From contig NC_087450.1 in the NCBI RefSeq assembly GCF_036321535.1, forward strand, positions 9,238,001 to 9,302,000: a stretch of DNA of 64,000 nucleotides, read 5' to 3'. A program made the translations under genes and the position numbers. This document shows, one piece after another, positions 59,701 through 64,000 of the stretch. The notes beneath the pieces were generated by a model, which worked only from the letters and a program-made list of their open reading frames with translations, had not been told where the DNA came from and did not search any database. Source of the DNA: Camelus dromedarius. Taxonomy: Eukaryota. Within the stretch, counting starts at the first letter, position 1; every line of letters begins with the position of its first letter.

Positions 59701-62700
59701 CACATCCTCTCCAGCATTTATCGTTTGTGGACTTTTTTACTGATGGCCATTCTGACTGGTGTGAGGTGATACCTCATCGTAGTTTTGATCTGCATTTCTC
59801 TGTTAATTACTGATACTGAACGTTTTTTCATGTGCCCATTGGCCTTTTATATGTCTTCATTGGAGAACTGCTTGTTTAGGTCTCCTGCCCATTTTTTGAT
59901 TGGGTTGTTTGTTTTTTTAAGTTGTATGAACTGTTTGTGTATTCTGGAAATTAAGCCCTTGTCGGTTGCATCATTTGTAAATGTTTTTTCCATTCCATAG
60001 GTTGTCTGTCTGTTTTTATGGTTTCCTTTGCTGTGCAAATCTTAAGTTTAATTAGGTCCCATTTATTTTTACTTTTTCTTTTGCCTTGGGTTTGGGAGAC
60101 TGATCTATGAAAATATGAGTACAATTTATGTCTGAGAATGTTTTGCTTCTGTTCTCAAGATTCATGGTGTCCTGTACTGTTTAAGTCTTTAAGCCGTTTT
60201 GAGTTTATTTTTGTGTATGGAGTGAGGGACTGTTGTAACTTCATTGATGTACATGTGGCTGTCCAGTTCTCCCAACACCACTTGAAGAGACTGTCTTTCC
60301 TCCATTGCATGTTCTTGCTTCCTTTGTTGAAGACTAACCATAAGCCTGTGGTTTATTTGTGGGCTCTCTGTTCTGTTCCACTGATCCATGTCTGTTTTTG
60401 TGCCAGTATCACACTGTTCTGATTACTGTAGTTCTGTAGTTTGTCTGAAGTCTGGGAGGGTTCTACCTCCAGCTTTGTTCTTTTCCTCAGTATTGCTTTG
60501 GCAATTCTGGGTCTTCATGATTCCATATAAATTTTGGGATTATTTGTCCTAGTTCTGTGAAAAAATTCCTGGGTAATTCGACAGGAATCACATTAAATCT
60601 GTGAACTGTTTTGGGTAGTATGGCCATTTTAACAGTATTAATTCTTCTAATCCAAGAGCATGGGATCTTTCCATTTCTTTAAATAAATCATCTTTAATTC
60701 CCTTAATCAGTGTTTTGTAGGTGTCTGTATAATTCATCTCCTTGGTCAGGTTTATTCCTAAGCTTATTTTTTCTTAATATGATTTTAACAGGGATTTGTT
60801 TTTACTTTTCTGATATTTCACTGTTAGTGTAAAGAAATGCAACTGATTTCTGTATGTTACTCTCGTATCCTGCTACCTTGCTGAATTCTTTTATCAGCTC
60901 TAGTAGTTTTTGTGTGGAGCCTCTGTGGTTTTCTATATATAGTATCATGTCATCCCCATGTAGTGGCAATTTTACCTCTTCGTCTTAGTGACAGTTTGGA
61001 TCCCTTTTCTTTCTTTTTCNNNNNNNNNNNNNNNNNNNNNNNNNNNNNNNNNNNNNNNNNNNNNNNNNNNNNNNNNNNNNNNNNNNNNNNNNNNNNNNNN
61101 NNNNNNNNNNNNNNNNNNNNNNNNNNNNNNNNNNNNNNNNNNNNNNNNNNNNNAGTTTGCCATAAATAGTTTTTATTATGTTGAGATATGTTCGAGTTTT
61201 TATCATAAATGGGTTGGGTGCTGAATTCTATCAAATGCCTTTTCTACACCTATTGAGATGATCATGTGATTTCTGTCCTATCTTTTGTCAGTGCGGTGTA
61301 TCGCAACTTTGGGTTTAATCTAGTTAATAACAGTATCTGCTTCATATGATGCTGTGAGAATTAAATGAATTCCTGCACATAAAAACTTGGAACCAGGAGA
61401 CTTGGTAGGGCAATGCTGGAGTAGCCAGAAATGCAGGAATATGAACAGGTGGATATAAAGTTATTAAGACAGGAACCTAGAATATTGTAGATACCCAATA
61501 GATCTTTATCTTTTTAAGTTGAATTTTATCTTTTTAGTTGAGTGTAGTGTAGTTTCTGGTGTGCAGCAGAGTGATTCAGCTATACATTTACATACATAGT
61601 CTTTTCCACTGTGGTTTATTACAGGATATTGAATATAGTTCCCTGTGTGATACAGTAGGACCTTGTTGTTTATTTGTTTTGTATATAGTAGTTTGTATTT
61701 GCTAATCCCAAACTTCTAATTTATCCACCTACTCCCTTAGTAATCGTAAATTTATTTTCTATGTCTATGAGTCTACTTCTGTTTTGTAAATAGTTCATTT
61801 GTGTCATATTTTAGATTCCACATATAAGAGATGTCATATGGTATCTATCTTTTTCTTTCTGACTTACTTCACTTAGTATGATAATCTCTTGGTCCACCCA
61901 TGTTGCTGCAAATGGCATTATCTCATTCTTTTTTATGGCTGAGTAGTACTCCATCATGTACACACATACCACAAATTCTTTATCCAGTCATCTGGCGATG
62001 AATATTTAGGTTGCTTTCATGTCTTGGCTATTGTAAATAGTGCTGCTGTGAACACTAGGGTACATGGTGTCTTTCTGAATTGGAGTTTTCTCCAGATACG
62101 CACCCAGGAGTGGGATTGCTGGATCATATGGTAACTCTATTTTTAGTTTTTTAAGAAACCTCTGTACTATTCTCAATACTGGCTGCACCAATTTATATTT
62201 ACACTAACACTGTCAAAGGGTTCCCTTTTTTTTCCCCACCCTCTCCAGCATTTGTTTTTTGTAGACTTTTAAATGATGGCCCTTCTGACTGGTATGAGGT
62301 GATACTTCACTGTAGTTTTGATTTCCATTTTGCTAGTAATTAGAGATGCTGAGCATATTTTGTGTCTGTTGCCCTTATGTGACATCCAGTAAATGTTTGC
62401 AGCCATTCCAATTAGATAAAAATAAAATATATTTGAACAGAAATTGAAGACTAGAAGACAGTGACAAATAATAGTAACAGTGGTTATCTTTAGAATATTA
62501 AGAGGCAGGAGTGGGAGTGGTTTTTTTCCTTTGTTACCATTCTATGATTTAAAATTTTCTACAACGTGGACTGCAGCATGTAAATCAATGAAATGAGAAC
62601 ACTCCCTCACACCATACACAAAAATAAACTCAAAATAGCTTAAAGATGTAAACATAAGACACTATAAACCTCTTAGAAAAAAACATAGGCAAAACAATAT

Positions 62701-63900
62701 CTGATATCAATCTTAGCAGTGTTCTCCTAGGGCAGCCTACCCGGGCAACAGAAAATAAAAGCAAAAATAAACAAATGGGACCTAAGTAAACTTAAAAGCT
62801 TTTGGACAGCAAAGGAAACCATAAGGAAAACAAACAGACAGTCTACAGAATGGGAGAAACCATTTGCAGACAATGAGACTGACAAGGGCTTAATTTCCAG
62901 AATATACAAAGTTGTATTTCCAGCTCATACAACTCAGTAACAACAACAAAAAAGCAAGCAACCCAGTCTAAAAATGGGCAGAAGACCTANNNNNNNNNNN
63001 NNNNNNNNNNNNNNNNNNNNNNNNNNNNNNNNNNNNNNNNNNNNNNNNNNNNNNNNNNNNNNNNNNNNNNNNNNNNNNNNNNNNNNNNNNNNNNNNNNNN
63101 NNNNNNNNNNNNNNNNNNNNNNNNNNNNNNNNNNNNNNNNATGATAAATGCTGGAGAGGCTGTGGAGAACAGGGAACCTTCCTACACTGTTGAGAATATA
63201 GTTTGGTGCAGCTGTTCTAGAAAACAGTATGGAGATTCCTTAAAAGACTAAACATAGACTTACCGTATGATCCAGCAATCCCAATCCTGGGCATATATCT
63301 AGAAGGAACTTTAATTTGAAAAGATACATGCACCCCAATGTTTCTGGCAGCATTATTGAAAATGNNNNNNNNNNNNNNNNNNNNNNNNNNNNNNNNNNNN
63401 NNNNNNNNNNNNNNNNNNNNNNNNNNNNNNNNNNNNNNNNNNNNNNNNNNNNNNNNNNNNNNNNNNNNNNNNNNNNNNNNNNNNNNNNNNNNNNNNNNNN
63501 NNNNNNNNNNTGAAGTAAGCCAGAGAGAGAAGGAAAAATACCACATGATATAACTTACATGTGGAATCTTAAAAAAAGACAAATGAACTTATTTACAAAA
63601 CAGAAACAGACCCACAAACATTGAAAATAAACTTATGATTATGGGGGGGGAGGGATAAATTGGGAGTTTGAGATTTGCAGATACTAACTACTATATATAA
63701 AATAGATCAACAGCAAGGTCCTACTGTATAGCACAGGGAACTATATTCAACATCTTGTAATAACCTGTAATAAAAATGAATATATATTTATATGTAACTG
63801 AATCACTATGCTGTACACCAGATATTAATACAATGTTGTAAACTGAATATACTTAAGTTAAAAAAAGATACATATAATAAATAAATAAAAATTTCTTCAA
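56760..63900. mobile_element. Cluster of L1 fragments (minus ~56760-57480, ~59270-61310, ~61520-62370; plus ~62570-63900), several partly masked
   Basis: Repeated ORF2 C-terminal peptides (MFTAALFTIAKT.KQPKCPS; [19 protein letters not shown]; EVSQREKEKYHMI) and L1 3' UTR text. Confidence 0.85.
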
Positions 63901-64000
63901 CAAACATAATAAATGTAATAATCTGGAAAAAATAACCAATGTTTTTAATAAATGCTGAAAACTATTAATATTTTTCATTTCATAAAACGTCTTTTGTTGA

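Overview
Mammalian genomic DNA, very probably camelid (two Vic-1-type tRNA-derived SINEs, cetartiodactyl-style L1 3' ends). It is syntenic with human 2p13.1. Left to right: the 5' end of INO80B (-); a TE-filled intergenic gap; complete RTKN (+, 12 exons, three in-frame alternative first exons and a candidate frame-switching cassette exon); complete WDR54 (-); a multiply disabled C2orf81 (+); an intact, unnamed 6-exon 330-aa SDR of the RDH11-14/DHRS13 type (+); an L1/LTR-dense block; an orphan CpG island with a splice donor (probably the distal DCTN1 promoter); an intron-retaining NAT8-like gene with one frameshift (-); and an L1 cluster. The most interesting items are the intact unnamed SDR beside a dead C2orf81, the out-of-place NAT8-like copy, and the RTKN C-terminal switch exon. 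Gene names come from my recall of human/mouse protein sequences, not from a database search. Exon boundaries were read by hand from GT/AG sites and frame arithmetic. Repeat family names and boundaries are approximate. The N runs look like length-preserving masks rather than assembly gaps.
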